A stretch of 64,000 bases of DNA from Candidatus Latescibacterota bacterium (GTDB lineage: Bacteria; Latescibacterota; UBA2968; GCA-2709665). Under the pieces are notes generated by a model. It worked only from the letters and a program-made list of their open reading frames with translations. It was not told where the DNA came from and ran no database searches. The position numbers were made by a program, and so were the translations under genes. How positions within the stretch are numbered: position 1 is the first letter of the stretch; each line of letters starts with the position of its first letter. Shown piece after piece: positions 9,276 through 18,482 of this stretch. The stretch spans positions 5,184,001 through 5,248,000 of the forward strand of contig OZ252100.1 in assembly GCA_965248435.1 (NCBI GenBank). The letters run 5' to 3'.

Positions 9276-10343
9276 ATGAAAGCCCTGATCCCCGTTGTTG
9301 CTGCCGCCCTTTTCGTTTCTGCCTGTGCGGATAGCCCCACCTCACCGATTTTAGAACCAGCTTCAAAGAAGGCTGCCCCTCAGGCGACTGCAACTGGCGT
9401 CTGGGACACTAATGCACCCATGCCAAGTGCCCGGGGCGCCCTCGTTGCCGGGACGGTTGGAGACAGGATCTATGTAGTAGGTGGGGCCGAGAGATGGTGT
9501 TGCGAGCCCACAGTACCGGTGACGGAGGTTTACGACCCAGATGCCGACACATGGACAGTGGCAAGTCCGCCACCTGACGATGATATGTGGGGTCCATCTT
9601 CAGCTGTCGTAGACGGCAATCTCTATGTGATCGGAGGATGGCCATCTGGCTCCACCAACACACGCGTCTACGATCCGCTGACGGATGACTGGGATTACTT
9701 GGCGACGTTACCTGAGGCCTATAGTTGGGGTCACACGTCTGCCGTCGTGAACGATGAGATCTATGTAATTGGCGGAAGCCACGGTCCGCACGTCACGAAA
9801 TACTCACCTGATACCGATACCTGGACTACAGGCCTTGCCCCTCTTCCAGTAAACAGTTCCTCAGTTGCCGGAGCCACGATAGATGGGCTGATATACGTAG
9901 TTGGTGTGGACGATAACCTCCAGATTTACGATCCTGTGGCAGATTCCTGGAGCCTCGGAGCAGCTGTGCCCAAGAGGACCTGGAGGCCAAGCGTTAGTGC
10001 CATCTCTGGCCTTTTGTATCTATTCGGCGGAAGCACCGCCAGTATTAGCGGCGGCGGGGACCTGCCGGACGCACAGGTCTATGACCCCAACACTGATAGC
10101 TGGGATTCCATCCCTGACATGCCCACGAATCGATACTGGTCCGCGGCTGCCGTAAATGATGGGACTGTGTATGTTTTCGGAGGATGGGGGATCAATAACG
10201 ACGTGCCATTGGCCCTCAACGAATCTTTCTCGTTTGATCCGCCGCACAAGGAAGCGTGCAAGAATGGCGGCTGGGAAGCGTTTGGGTTCAAGAATCAAGG
10301 GCAGTGCGTACGCTTCGTCGAGACGGGTAAGGACAGCAGGTAG
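9276..10343 (+). CDS. Kelch-repeat lipoprotein
   Basis: Lipobox VSAC; six IYVxGG...YDP...W repeats; C-terminal CKNGGW-x4-FKNQGQCV motif; AGGAGG RBS. Confidence 0.85.
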   Translation: MKALIPVVAAALFVSACADSPTSPILEPASKKAAPQATATGVWDTNAPMPSARGALVAGTVGDRIYVVGGAERWCCEPTVPVTEVYDPDADTWTVASPPPDDDMWGPSSAVVDGNLYVIGGWPSGSTNTRVYDPLTDDWDYLATLPEAYSWGHTSAVVNDEIYVIGGSHGPHVTKYSPDTDTWTTGLAPLPVNSSSVAGATIDGLIYVVGVDDNLQIYDPVADSWSLGAAVPKRTWRPSVSAISGLLYLFGGSTASISGGGDLPDAQVYDPNTDSWDSIPDMPTNRYWSAAAVNDGTVYVFGGWGINNDVPLALNESFSFDPPHKEACKNGGWEAFGFKNQGQCVRFVETGKDSR

Positions 10344-10369
10344 CGGCTTCCCATAGACCCTTAGACACT

Positions 10370-10404
10370 GGCCTCGGAGTCATACTCCGGGGCCCTTTTA
10401 TTTT
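10370..10404 (+). terminator. Rho-independent terminator
   Basis: GGCCTCGGAGT-CAT-ACTCCGGGGCC followed by CTTTTATTTT. Confidence 0.8.
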
Positions 10405-10498
10405 AGGCCTGGCCCGCCCAGGTGAAGATGGCCCCGCGGGCCAGCAGCCTCATTTACCCGTTGATGCGGTTTCACGAAATCATTACAATTTAGCCGTG

Positions 10499-11236
10499 AT
10501 GAAGGGTGAAAAACTAGCCGACAAGATAGCCCTGGTAACCGGTGGCGGCCGCGGGATCGGCCGGGCCATCTGTCAGGCCTTCGCGCGCGAGGGCGCGCGC
10601 CTGGTCGTGGCGGACATCGATCCGGATACGGCGGAGCAGACCGCCGCAGCCCTGCCGACTGAGAGTCTGGCCGTCGAAATGGACGTGGCCTCCAGAGCGG
10701 CGGTCCAGGCCGGGTTCGACCGGGCGCTTGACCGGTTCGGACAGATCGACATCCTGGTCAACAACGCCGGCATCCTGACCTTCTCCACCTTCCAGGACTG
10801 CAGCGAGGAGCTGTGGGACCGGACCGTGGATGTCAACATGAAGGGCCCGTTCCTGTGCGTCCGGGCGATCCTGCCGCACATGAAGGAGCGCCGCCAGGGC
10901 GTCATCATCAACCTGACCTCCGTGGCCGTCAAGACCGGCGGTCTGGCGGCCGGGCCCCACTACACGGCGTCCAAGGCCGGGGTCCTCGCGATGACCATCG
11001 GTCTGGCGCGTGAGTGCGCCCCGCACCGCATCCGGGTCAACGGCATCGCCCCCGGAGTCATCCACACAGACATGACCAACACCCCCCAACACGATGAGTT
11101 CGTCAAGCAGATCCCCCTGGGCGAGAAGGGGCAGCCCGAGGACGTCGCCAACTGCGCGCTCTTCCTGGCCTCGGACGACTCACGCCACATCACGGGCGAG
11201 ATCATCGATGTGAACGCGGGCCTGTTCATGGATTGA
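10499..11236 (+). CDS. Short-chain dehydrogenase/reductase (FabG-like)
   Basis: TGGGRGIG, NNAG, YTASK, VNGIAPG. Confidence 0.9.
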   Translation: MKGEKLADKIALVTGGGRGIGRAICQAFAREGARLVVADIDPDTAEQTAAALPTESLAVEMDVASRAAVQAGFDRALDRFGQIDILVNNAGILTFSTFQDCSEELWDRTVDVNMKGPFLCVRAILPHMKERRQGVIINLTSVAVKTGGLAAGPHYTASKAGVLAMTIGLARECAPHRIRVNGIAPGVIHTDMTNTPQHDEFVKQIPLGEKGQPEDVANCALFLASDDSRHITGEIIDVNAGLFMD

Positions 11237-11291
11237 GTCCAGCTGGATCTTTTTCGCTTTGACCGAAACACAATCGGAGGACAGCCTCAGC

Positions 11292-12158
11292 GTGAAGGAA
11301 CCGGATCCCAAACCGGCTGCGCTCGTGTCCGTACACGGTGGACACAGTGGGCAATTCTGTAATCACGCATCGGATGCCCTTGAAGAGATCGTCCGTGCGT
11401 ATGTCGACAGGGGCTTCGAATGGGTGGGCATTACCGAACACATCCCGCCTGTCTCGGAGGAGTTTCTGTTTCCCGAGGAGACTGAGGATGGACTCACGCC
11501 CGAGTTGATGTATGATCGGTTCGCCGAGTATATCTCCGTAGCACGTGAGTTGCAGATCGAGTATCGAGATTCTGTTCGGCTCCTGGTTGGATTCGAAACG
11601 GAGTGCTATACTGGCTATGAAGCTCACGTCGCCAGTCTGCGGAGTCGTTTCCAACCGGACTACATCGTGGGCTCCGTTCATCACGTCAGAGATATCGTCA
11701 TCGATGGTTCGCCAGAGTCGTATGCCCACGCCATCGAGGTGGTCGGGGGGATCGATGCGCTGTTCTGTGAATACTTCGACCAGCAGTACGAGCTGCTGGA
11801 GATACTCGAGCCGGAAGTCGTCGGGCACTTCGATCTGATTCGGATGCACGACAAGGACTATCACGGGCGGCTGCAGAGTCCTGAGGTCAGAGAGAGAATT
11901 CGGAGGAATCTTCAGAGGATCAAGGAACTTGGGGCGGTTCTGGATTTCAACGTCAGGGCATTCGAAAAGGGAGGGACGGAACCCTATGTCTCCGGATCCA
12001 TTCTGAAGATGGCCCTGGATCTCGGGGTTCCTTGTGTTCCGGGAGATGACTCACACGGCGTTGCCGGAGTCGGCCTGAACGTGGAGAGAGGGATCGAAAT
12101 ACTGGAGCAACACGGGTTCAGCACAAACTGGCCTGTCCCGGGTGGCTGCGGCACATGA
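11292..12158 (+). CDS. Histidinol-phosphatase, PHP (HisJ) family
   Basis: VHGGHS..FCNHA, ITEH, VGSVH, GHFDL, GDDSH. Start uncertain (11259 or 11292). Confidence 0.85.
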   Translation: MKEPDPKPAALVSVHGGHSGQFCNHASDALEEIVRAYVDRGFEWVGITEHIPPVSEEFLFPEETEDGLTPELMYDRFAEYISVARELQIEYRDSVRLLVGFETECYTGYEAHVASLRSRFQPDYIVGSVHHVRDIVIDGSPESYAHAIEVVGGIDALFCEYFDQQYELLEILEPEVVGHFDLIRMHDKDYHGRLQSPEVRERIRRNLQRIKELGAVLDFNVRAFEKGGTEPYVSGSILKMALDLGVPCVPGDDSHGVAGVGLNVERGIEILEQHGFSTNWPVPGGCGT

Positions 12159-12290
12159 CGAGACCAATCATTACAGTTGTGGGCAGTTTTGCCTTGGGCA
12201 TGACCCTGCGGACCCAGCGCATGCCGATCTTCGGCGAGACGCTTGTCGGATCCGATTTCGACATGGGCCCTGGTCGCAAGGGATCCAAAA
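12155..12290 (+). pseudogene. N-terminal fragment of a ribokinase (PfkB family), truncated next to a repeat element
   Basis: MTRPIITVVGSFALG...RMPIFGETLVGSDFDMGPGRKGS matches the ribokinase N-terminus up to PGGKG, then homology stops. ATGA-coupled to the upstream gene. Confidence 0.75.
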
Positions 12291-12312
12291 GTGTCCTCGC
12301 ATTGCTTAAACT

Positions 12313-12566
12313 CATCAGGGCCGCGGTGTGCGACTCCGATGCAATCAGCCCCTTTCACCTCCCAGCGGTTTGACTCCTCAGTGATCGTGAGTGAGTGGTG
12401 AGGATTTGGCCTTCCTGCCGTGGACTGTTTATGCCACTGAGGGTGAGGTGCCGCGGCCAAAGCCCCCGCGGCGCCTGAGCGGAGCCTTTCTTTTGTCCAA
12501 CTTTTCTTGGGCGAGCAAGAAAAGTTGGCCGCTGGAGGCAGGGGTTGGGTGGTGTGGGCGAATGGC
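12313..12566. mobile_element. Structured ~250-bp non-coding repeat (MITE-like), copy 1
   Basis: Colinear with 32618-32983; contains several inverted repeats and no credible ORF. Confidence 0.7.
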
Positions 12567-12635
12567 ACAACCATGAGCGCAGAATGTCTTACTTCCAGAG
12601 GTATGGGATCTGTTCGAGGAGGTATAGATGATGCT

Positions 12636-13073
12636 ATGACCAGATCAAAGCTCAGGGTTCCTGTTGCGGTCCATCTCTTTCTTCAACGCGAAGGCAAGGT
12701 CCTTCTTCTCCGACGGTGCAACACGGGATACGAAGATGGTAATTACAGCGTCATCGCCGGCCATTTGGATGGTGGCGAAGAGATCAAGGCGGCGATGATC
12801 AGGGAGGCAGAAGAAGAAGCCGGCATATCGGTCCGGCCGGACGAGCTCGAGGTTGTGGGCGTAATGCATCGCAAATCGGAAGAAGAGCGAGTCGATTTCT
12901 TCTTCACCGCGCGATCGTGGAGCGGTGAAATCGTCAACTGCGAACCCCGAAAATGCGACGAGCTCGCCTGGTTTCCGTTAGATGACCTTCCCGAAAACAT
13001 GGTTCCATACGTCCGCCGTGCGCTGACGAATCACCGCGATGGCCGATGGTTCGACAGTTTCGGGTGGACATAA
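12636..13073 (+). CDS. NUDIX hydrolase
   Basis: Nudix box GHLDGGEEIKAAMIREAEEEAGI. Confidence 0.9.
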   Translation: MTRSKLRVPVAVHLFLQREGKVLLLRRCNTGYEDGNYSVIAGHLDGGEEIKAAMIREAEEEAGISVRPDELEVVGVMHRKSEEERVDFFFTARSWSGEIVNCEPRKCDELAWFPLDDLPENMVPYVRRALTNHRDGRWFDSFGWT

Positions 13074-13085
13074 GGACGGCCTGGA

Positions 13086-13958
13086 ATGAGATCCGAAACA
13101 GAAATGATGGACTTGATCAATAACTTCATCGCGACCGACCCGAACATCAGGGCAGCGATACTCAACGGCTCCCGAGCAAATCCGAATGCCGAGCGCGATT
13201 TTTTTCAGGATTATGATGTCTGCTGCTTTGTGAAAGACGTCGCACCCTACAGGACCGACAGGACATTTATCGAGCAGTTTGGCGAATTGATGATCGTTCA
13301 GACACCAGAGGACATGGATGATCCGCCACCATCGAAGGATGGAGCCTATGGCTACCTTATGCAGTTCACGGACGGAACCCGAATCGATCTGGGATTTCGC
13401 CCGGCCGAATCACTCCGTGGGATGACGCACGAATCACTCACCGTAGTCCTTGTCGACAAGGATGGGATTCTCCCGGACCTGCCGCCTTCGAGCGACAGGG
13501 ACTTCCTTCTAAAGGAACCGACGCGAAAGTCTTTCGATGACTGCTGCAATGAGTTTTGGTGGGTGAGCCCATACGTCGCGAAGGCGCTCTGGCGGGAGGA
13601 GTTGGTGAATGCCAAGTCTCTGATTGAGAAAGAGACCCGTGCCCAACTGATGAAGATGGTAAACTGGTATTTCGGGATCAAGACGGGGTTCAAAAGGAGC
13701 CCGGGTAAAGAGTCCAAACAGGTCAAGTCTGTTATCGAGCCCCACCTCTGGATGAAACTGGAAGCGACCTACGCCGGGCCCGATTTCGAGGCGACCTGGG
13801 ATTCGATATTGACGATGGGAGATCTCTTCAGGATGACTGCGAAGCACGTGGCAGAGTCCTATGGCTTCGAATATCCGGAAGGGGATGATCGCAGGGTGAC
13901 TGAGCACCTCCGGCACGTTCGCCAGCTGCCTAAAGACGCGAAGGAGATCTACCCCTAG
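13086..13958 (+). CDS. Aminoglycoside 6-adenylyltransferase (AadK/ANT(6)) family protein
   Basis: LNGSRANP..DFFQDYDV, YLMQFTDGTRIDL, CCNEFWWVSPYVAKALWR. Confidence 0.85.
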   Translation: MRSETEMMDLINNFIATDPNIRAAILNGSRANPNAERDFFQDYDVCCFVKDVAPYRTDRTFIEQFGELMIVQTPEDMDDPPPSKDGAYGYLMQFTDGTRIDLGFRPAESLRGMTHESLTVVLVDKDGILPDLPPSSDRDFLLKEPTRKSFDDCCNEFWWVSPYVAKALWREELVNAKSLIEKETRAQLMKMVNWYFGIKTGFKRSPGKESKQVKSVIEPHLWMKLEATYAGPDFEATWDSILTMGDLFRMTAKHVAESYGFEYPEGDDRRVTEHLRHVRQLPKDAKEIYP

Positions 13959-13974
13959 CAGAAGTGAGTCCCCA

Positions 13975-15549
13975 ATGAGCAAAGTAAAGTGCGTCAACAG
14001 CACGGACATCACGGATGCGATTCGGCTGGGTTGCCGGACCATGCAGAACGTTTTCAACGCCGATGACAACCAGGTTCCCTTCTTCCGCTCGGCCGTGCGA
14101 CCGAGTGCGGCTTTGAGTTTCAATGCGTACGCCAGTGAATCCCACGTGCCGGGAAGGCATCTCAACGCGCTGTTGAATGCCGAGGATGCGGCGGGCGTTG
14201 AGCTCGATGAAAGCGCCGTAGAGAATCATCGACGCGCTGCCTTTCTCTCATACAGTGGCCCGGCCGCGCTTCCGCTCAACCGCCAAACGACCGACGGTCC
14301 CCCGGTCAATTTTTGCCCGCACAACCTTCGCGAGGGTTTCCACGCGCTGTGTGCCCTGGCAAGGTATCGCAATGACGATGAGGCATCAGCCCTGGCGGAG
14401 AGGAGCATCGCGGACATCGTCGACCTCTGGAGCGCGGAGGGCGGCTGGGACCTGAACCGTCTGGCTGCCCTCGGACTTCACTACCAGGAATGCCAGGGAT
14501 TTCTGCACGGTGAAGCGAGGATGCTGGGGCCGCTCGTCAAGCTCTACCGCACCACGGGTTGTGGTCCGGCCCTCGAGCTGGCGCTCGTCCTGAAGGAAAA
14601 GGCCATCGGCGAGTTCTTCCTCCCCGACGGGGGATTCGATTCGAAGCGCTTCGCCACCCGTCACATCCATTCCATCACCTGCGTCCTTTCGTCCCTCGCT
14701 CAGCTCGCGGATCTGGTCGGAGACGGGTCCCTCATGATGCGAGTGAAGGCGTTTTACGACGACGGACTCTGGGAAATGCGCGACGAGATCGGTTGGTCGC
14801 CGGAGAGGACGACGCAGGAGGACAGCGACCATGGAGAGGCCAACAACACCGGCGATATTCTGGAGACCGCGCTGATTCTTGGGCGGCGGGGATATCCGGA
14901 GTGTTATCACGACGCCGAACGCATCCTGCGCTGCCATCTCCTGCCCTCACAGCTTCGCGATGTATCTTTCATCAGTGATCCGCCCAATCCAGACGGCGTG
15001 GATGGATTGCGTGATGTCGCGAACCGGCATCTGGGTGCCTTCGGTTTCCCGGCGCCCTACGGCCACACATCCATCGGTAAGGGGCGCGGCACGTTCTCCT
15101 TCAACATGGACATTGTGGGGGGTGCTGTGGGCTCGCTTTGCGAGGCACTTCGAGAGGTGGAGAGGTCCGAGCCGACGGGTCGACGGATCAATCTGCTGTT
15201 CGACCACGAGACGAGTGCGACCCGCGTGCAGTCCCCTTATACGCACGACTGCCTTCGGGTCGAGTTGAAGCAGGTTGGACCGCTGTTCGTCCGCATTCCT
15301 CCCTGGCTCAACCGCGAGGAGGTCGATGTCGAGGGCAACGAGAGCCCGCCGATCTGGACGAACGGCTATCTCTTCTTCAACAAGGTCTCCGCAGGGAAGA
15401 CGATCCAACTGCGCTTCCCATTGAAAGAATCACAGATCATGCTTTCTGATCGCCTGCACATCCATCCGATTCGAGTGAAGATGCGGGGAGATGCCGTCGC
15501 GGCGATGGATCATTTCGATGCGGATTTGACGTTCTTCGATCCGTACTGA
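13975..15549 (+). CDS. Hypothetical protein, possibly GH127 (beta-L-arabinofuranosidase)-like fold
   Basis: 524-aa ORF. HIHS, GEANNTGD, AERILR and the C-terminal VRIPPW beta-sandwich resemble GH127-like proteins. Confidence 0.5.
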   Translation: MSKVKCVNSTDITDAIRLGCRTMQNVFNADDNQVPFFRSAVRPSAALSFNAYASESHVPGRHLNALLNAEDAAGVELDESAVENHRRAAFLSYSGPAALPLNRQTTDGPPVNFCPHNLREGFHALCALARYRNDDEASALAERSIADIVDLWSAEGGWDLNRLAALGLHYQECQGFLHGEARMLGPLVKLYRTTGCGPALELALVLKEKAIGEFFLPDGGFDSKRFATRHIHSITCVLSSLAQLADLVGDGSLMMRVKAFYDDGLWEMRDEIGWSPERTTQEDSDHGEANNTGDILETALILGRRGYPECYHDAERILRCHLLPSQLRDVSFISDPPNPDGVDGLRDVANRHLGAFGFPAPYGHTSIGKGRGTFSFNMDIVGGAVGSLCEALREVERSEPTGRRINLLFDHETSATRVQSPYTHDCLRVELKQVGPLFVRIPPWLNREEVDVEGNESPPIWTNGYLFFNKVSAGKTIQLRFPLKESQIMLSDRLHIHPIRVKMRGDAVAAMDHFDADLTFFDPY

Positions 15550-15606
15550 TTGCCGCCCAAGCAGAGGGTTCTGCGTCGGTGTATTGGTGAAGCGAGGTTC
15601 GTCATC

Positions 15607-16440
15607 GTGTCTGATTCGAATGAATCGACTGTCAACAAGGACCTGATCGTTCAGGGGCTGCGATCGCTGGGTTTGCAACGGGGCGATGTGGTGATGGTGC
15701 ACTCGTCCTTGAGCAGCTTTGGCCGCGTGGATGGCGGAGCCGACGCTGTAATCGATGCGCTGTTGGAGACGCTGGGTGAGGCAGGGACGCTGCTCATGCC
15801 GTCACACACAGACGTCCCGTCGAACAGTGCGGAATACGACCCGGAGACCACGCCGGTCCGAAAAAACATCGGCCGCATTCCAGCCACGTTCTGGCGCCGT
15901 CCCGATGTGCTGAGGGGCGCCCATCCACCCCGTCATCCCTGGGCTGCCAAGGGGCGGCTGGCGGCCGGATTGATTCGGCTGAGTGAAAGCCGCGCCATCG
16001 GCTCGCACCACGTGGCCGGAATTCTGAACGCGCTGGCGGCGCTGGATGGCTACATTATGACGATCGGGTGCAGCAACGAGGAAAACACGAGCATCCACAC
16101 GGCGCAGGTGGCTGCCTACAACGCTGTCGAGGGCGCGAACACGCAGAGGGCGGAGTTCCTGAAAGTAGAGGACCGCAACAGGGTGGACAAGCCGATGCTG
16201 GAAGCAGGCACGATGCGTATGGGGCAGATCGGCGACGCAAAGATCCGGCTGATGAAGTCACAAGGTTTTTTCGACGCGGTCAGGATGCTCTATGAAACGA
16301 AGTACCGGGGCAAGCTGATCGAAGTCCAGGACTACAGCGACGACCCGGACTATCCCAGTCGCGCAGAGTGTGAGGCGATGATCGAGGCGTTGAAGGACGA
16401 GGCGGCTGCGGAGATGTCAGACGAGACAACAACATTCTAG
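15607..16440 (+). CDS. AAC(3) family N-acetyltransferase
   Basis: LGLQRGDVVMVHSSLSSFG, GTLLMP, GRIP, NTSIH. Start approximate. Confidence 0.8.
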   Translation: MSDSNESTVNKDLIVQGLRSLGLQRGDVVMVHSSLSSFGRVDGGADAVIDALLETLGEAGTLLMPSHTDVPSNSAEYDPETTPVRKNIGRIPATFWRRPDVLRGAHPPRHPWAAKGRLAAGLIRLSESRAIGSHHVAGILNALAALDGYIMTIGCSNEENTSIHTAQVAAYNAVEGANTQRAEFLKVEDRNRVDKPMLEAGTMRMGQIGDAKIRLMKSQGFFDAVRMLYETKYRGKLIEVQDYSDDPDYPSRAECEAMIEALKDEAAAEMSDETTTF

Positions 16441-16454
16441 ACGGAGGAGGATAA

Positions 16455-17363
16455 ATGTCAAAAGTGATCTGTTTCTTCATGGCAGTGGTAGGCATTTTCC
16501 CGATGCTGCTATCAGTAAGTGTCGCTTCTGCTGAGGACCAGCACCTTTGGAAAGCGGCAGATGGCGTTTACAGATACGGCCCAGGCGACCACTATTATTC
16601 CATGTTTGTCGTGACCGATGAAGGGGTCGTTGCGATCGAACCCGTCACAACCGAGCATTCTGAGGGGTTGTTGAAAGCAATCAAAGGCGTGACCGATAAA
16701 CCCGTTCGTTATCTACTGCACAGTCACAACCACTGGGATCACTCGAAAGGAGGGCAAGTCTTTCGCGACGCAGGCGCGAAGATCGTAGCGCACGTGGAGG
16801 CCTATGAGTGGATGAAAGCCAATCCCCATCCAGATCTCGCGCTGCCGGACGAAGCCTGGGCCGGAAACCGAAGAGACCTTGTCTTGGGCGACAGAACGAT
16901 CGAGCTGCACTATCTGGGAATGAGTCACGGACTTGGCATGACCGTATTCCGGCTGCCGAAGGAGGGAATCGTCTATATTTCTGATATCGTGACCCCCAAT
17001 CGCGTCCTTTTTTCTATCGTGCCCGATTTCAACATCAAGGAGTGGGTGCGGACGTTGGCAGAAATTGAGAAGATGGATTTCCAAACCGCGATATACGCCC
17101 ATTCTAATGCTGAAGCGCCTTTCGGTAGCAAGCGAGACGTGACTCAAACGCGTGAGTTCATACAAGACTTGCAGGCAGCTATCGTGGCCGAATTCAAGAA
17201 GGGAACCCCTTTCGGAAAAATCGCCACCACTGTAAAGCTTCCAAAGTACGAGCACTGGGCGATGTACAACGAGTGGCTTCCCCTGAATGTTCTGAGAGTA
17301 ATGCTGGATATGCACATGGGGCCTTTTCCGTGGCGGCCCGACCACGCCTATGAGGCGAGGTAG
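16455..17363 (+). CDS. Secreted metallo-beta-lactamase-fold hydrolase
   Basis: Signal peptide ending ASA; SHNHWDH motif; GGAGG RBS. Confidence 0.85.
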   Translation: MSKVICFFMAVVGIFPMLLSVSVASAEDQHLWKAADGVYRYGPGDHYYSMFVVTDEGVVAIEPVTTEHSEGLLKAIKGVTDKPVRYLLHSHNHWDHSKGGQVFRDAGAKIVAHVEAYEWMKANPHPDLALPDEAWAGNRRDLVLGDRTIELHYLGMSHGLGMTVFRLPKEGIVYISDIVTPNRVLFSIVPDFNIKEWVRTLAEIEKMDFQTAIYAHSNAEAPFGSKRDVTQTREFIQDLQAAIVAEFKKGTPFGKIATTVKLPKYEHWAMYNEWLPLNVLRVMLDMHMGPFPWRPDHAYEAR

Positions 17364-17471
17364 TTGATCTTCCGCGTCCAGCGATTTAACCGATGCCGGA
17401 AGGCTGGCTGGTCTCGTAATGGCAAGGCTTGATGCCGGAAGAGAGGCACAACAAGGGAGCCTGGCCCAGTC

Positions 17472-17918
17472 ATGAACGATAGAGATGACCTCTTTGACTT
17501 AGGTCGCTTTACGAGCGCACAAGAAAGTGTGTATGATCGTGCCCTCGAAGAGTTGAGAAGCGGCCGGAAGCGCACGCACTGGATGTGGTACATATTCCCG
17601 CAGATCGATGGGTTGGGGCACAGCTCGACTGCAAAACGGTATGCCATTAAGGGCATCGAAGAAGCACGAGGATACTTGGAGCATCCTGTTCTCGGACCAA
17701 GACTGCTGGAAAGTGCAGAAGCGGTTTTTGCCATCGAGGGGCGATCAGTTTCAGAAGTCCTTGGTTACCCGGATGATTTGAAGCTCAAATCGTCCATGAC
17801 ACTGTTCGCGTCTGTCACAGATCCGGACTCCGTGTTTGTTCGCGTCCTCGATAAATACTTCCAGGGCGAGCGCGATGACAGGACGTTGCAGTTGTTGGAG
17901 GGCCGCAACGAAGAATAG
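17472..17918 (+). CDS. DUF1810 family protein
   Basis: GRKRTHWMWYIFPQ, HPVLGPRL, PDDLKLKSSMTLF. Confidence 0.9.
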   Translation: MNDRDDLFDLGRFTSAQESVYDRALEELRSGRKRTHWMWYIFPQIDGLGHSSTAKRYAIKGIEEARGYLEHPVLGPRLLESAEAVFAIEGRSVSEVLGYPDDLKLKSSMTLFASVTDPDSVFVRVLDKYFQGERDDRTLQLLEGRNEE

Positions 17919-17919
17919 A

Positions 17920-17983
17920 CGGGTAACAAGATACGCTCGGCGGACGAGCCACCCCACGCGGCGAGCGCCAAGCCGCTAGCCCG
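17920..17983 (+). mobile_element. Degenerate integron attC-like site
   Basis: CGGGTAAC right after the stop codon, CGCTCG...CGAGCG inner arms, and terminal GCTAGCCCG (GTTAGCC-like). Confidence 0.5.
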
Positions 17984-17997
17984 CAAGAGGGATACAG

Positions 17998-18414
17998 ATG
18001 GAACTAAAGGATATTGCGGATCTCTTCATAGCTGCAACGGGTAAGGTTGAGTTCTACTGGAACTTCTATACGGTTACCTTGCTCGCCCTTATCGGCTGGT
18101 TTGCCTCTATCAAGAAGGGGATCGCACTACGTCTAAAATTATTGATCACAGTTGGTTACCTACTTTTCGTGTTCATGAATCTTATCGGGCTGTTGAGCTC
18201 CTATACCTTCGCAGAAGCCCTCCGCCTAGATTTATTGTCGGCGTCGAAAACCATGCCAGGCACACTAGAGAACGCACGAGCCGTTCTTTCACAGAGATCG
18301 CTTGAGAGCCAGAAGACTTTTGCGATTTTCATCCACGCCATACTTGCGATATCGGTCCTTTATGTGGTTTGGTTTGGTCGGTTGGGGGAACAGAGGACCA
18401 ATAGAGGTGAATGA
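17998..18414 (+). CDS. Hypothetical membrane protein (about 3 TM), lower GC, cassette-like
   Basis: Three hydrophobic stretches; AT-richer codons; lies between two attC-like palindromes. Confidence 0.7.
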   Translation: MELKDIADLFIAATGKVEFYWNFYTVTLLALIGWFASIKKGIALRLKLLITVGYLLFVFMNLIGLLSSYTFAEALRLDLLSASKTMPGTLENARAVLSQRSLESQKTFAIFIHAILAISVLYVVWFGRLGEQRTNRGE

Positions 18415-18422
18415 TCCGAACG

Positions 18423-18464
18423 GTGGCAGACCTGCAGAAGCACTTAATTCTGCGCGTTTGCCAC
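18423..18464 (+). repeat. Imperfect palindrome, possible shortened attC remnant
   Basis: GTGGCAGAC-CT-GCAGAA...TTCTGC-GC-GTTTGCCAC. Confidence 0.4.
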
Positions 18465-18482
18465 AACGAAAGGAGAGCACCC

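Noticed and set aside
12327-12566. Group II intron, suggested by GTGCGAC near the 5' end of the structured repeat
   Set aside because: No recognisable domain V/VI or AY 3' end, far too short, and no reverse transcriptase ORF.
16455-17363. True beta-lactamase
   Set aside because: The HxHxDH motif only defines the fold; nothing specifically indicates class B beta-lactamase activity.
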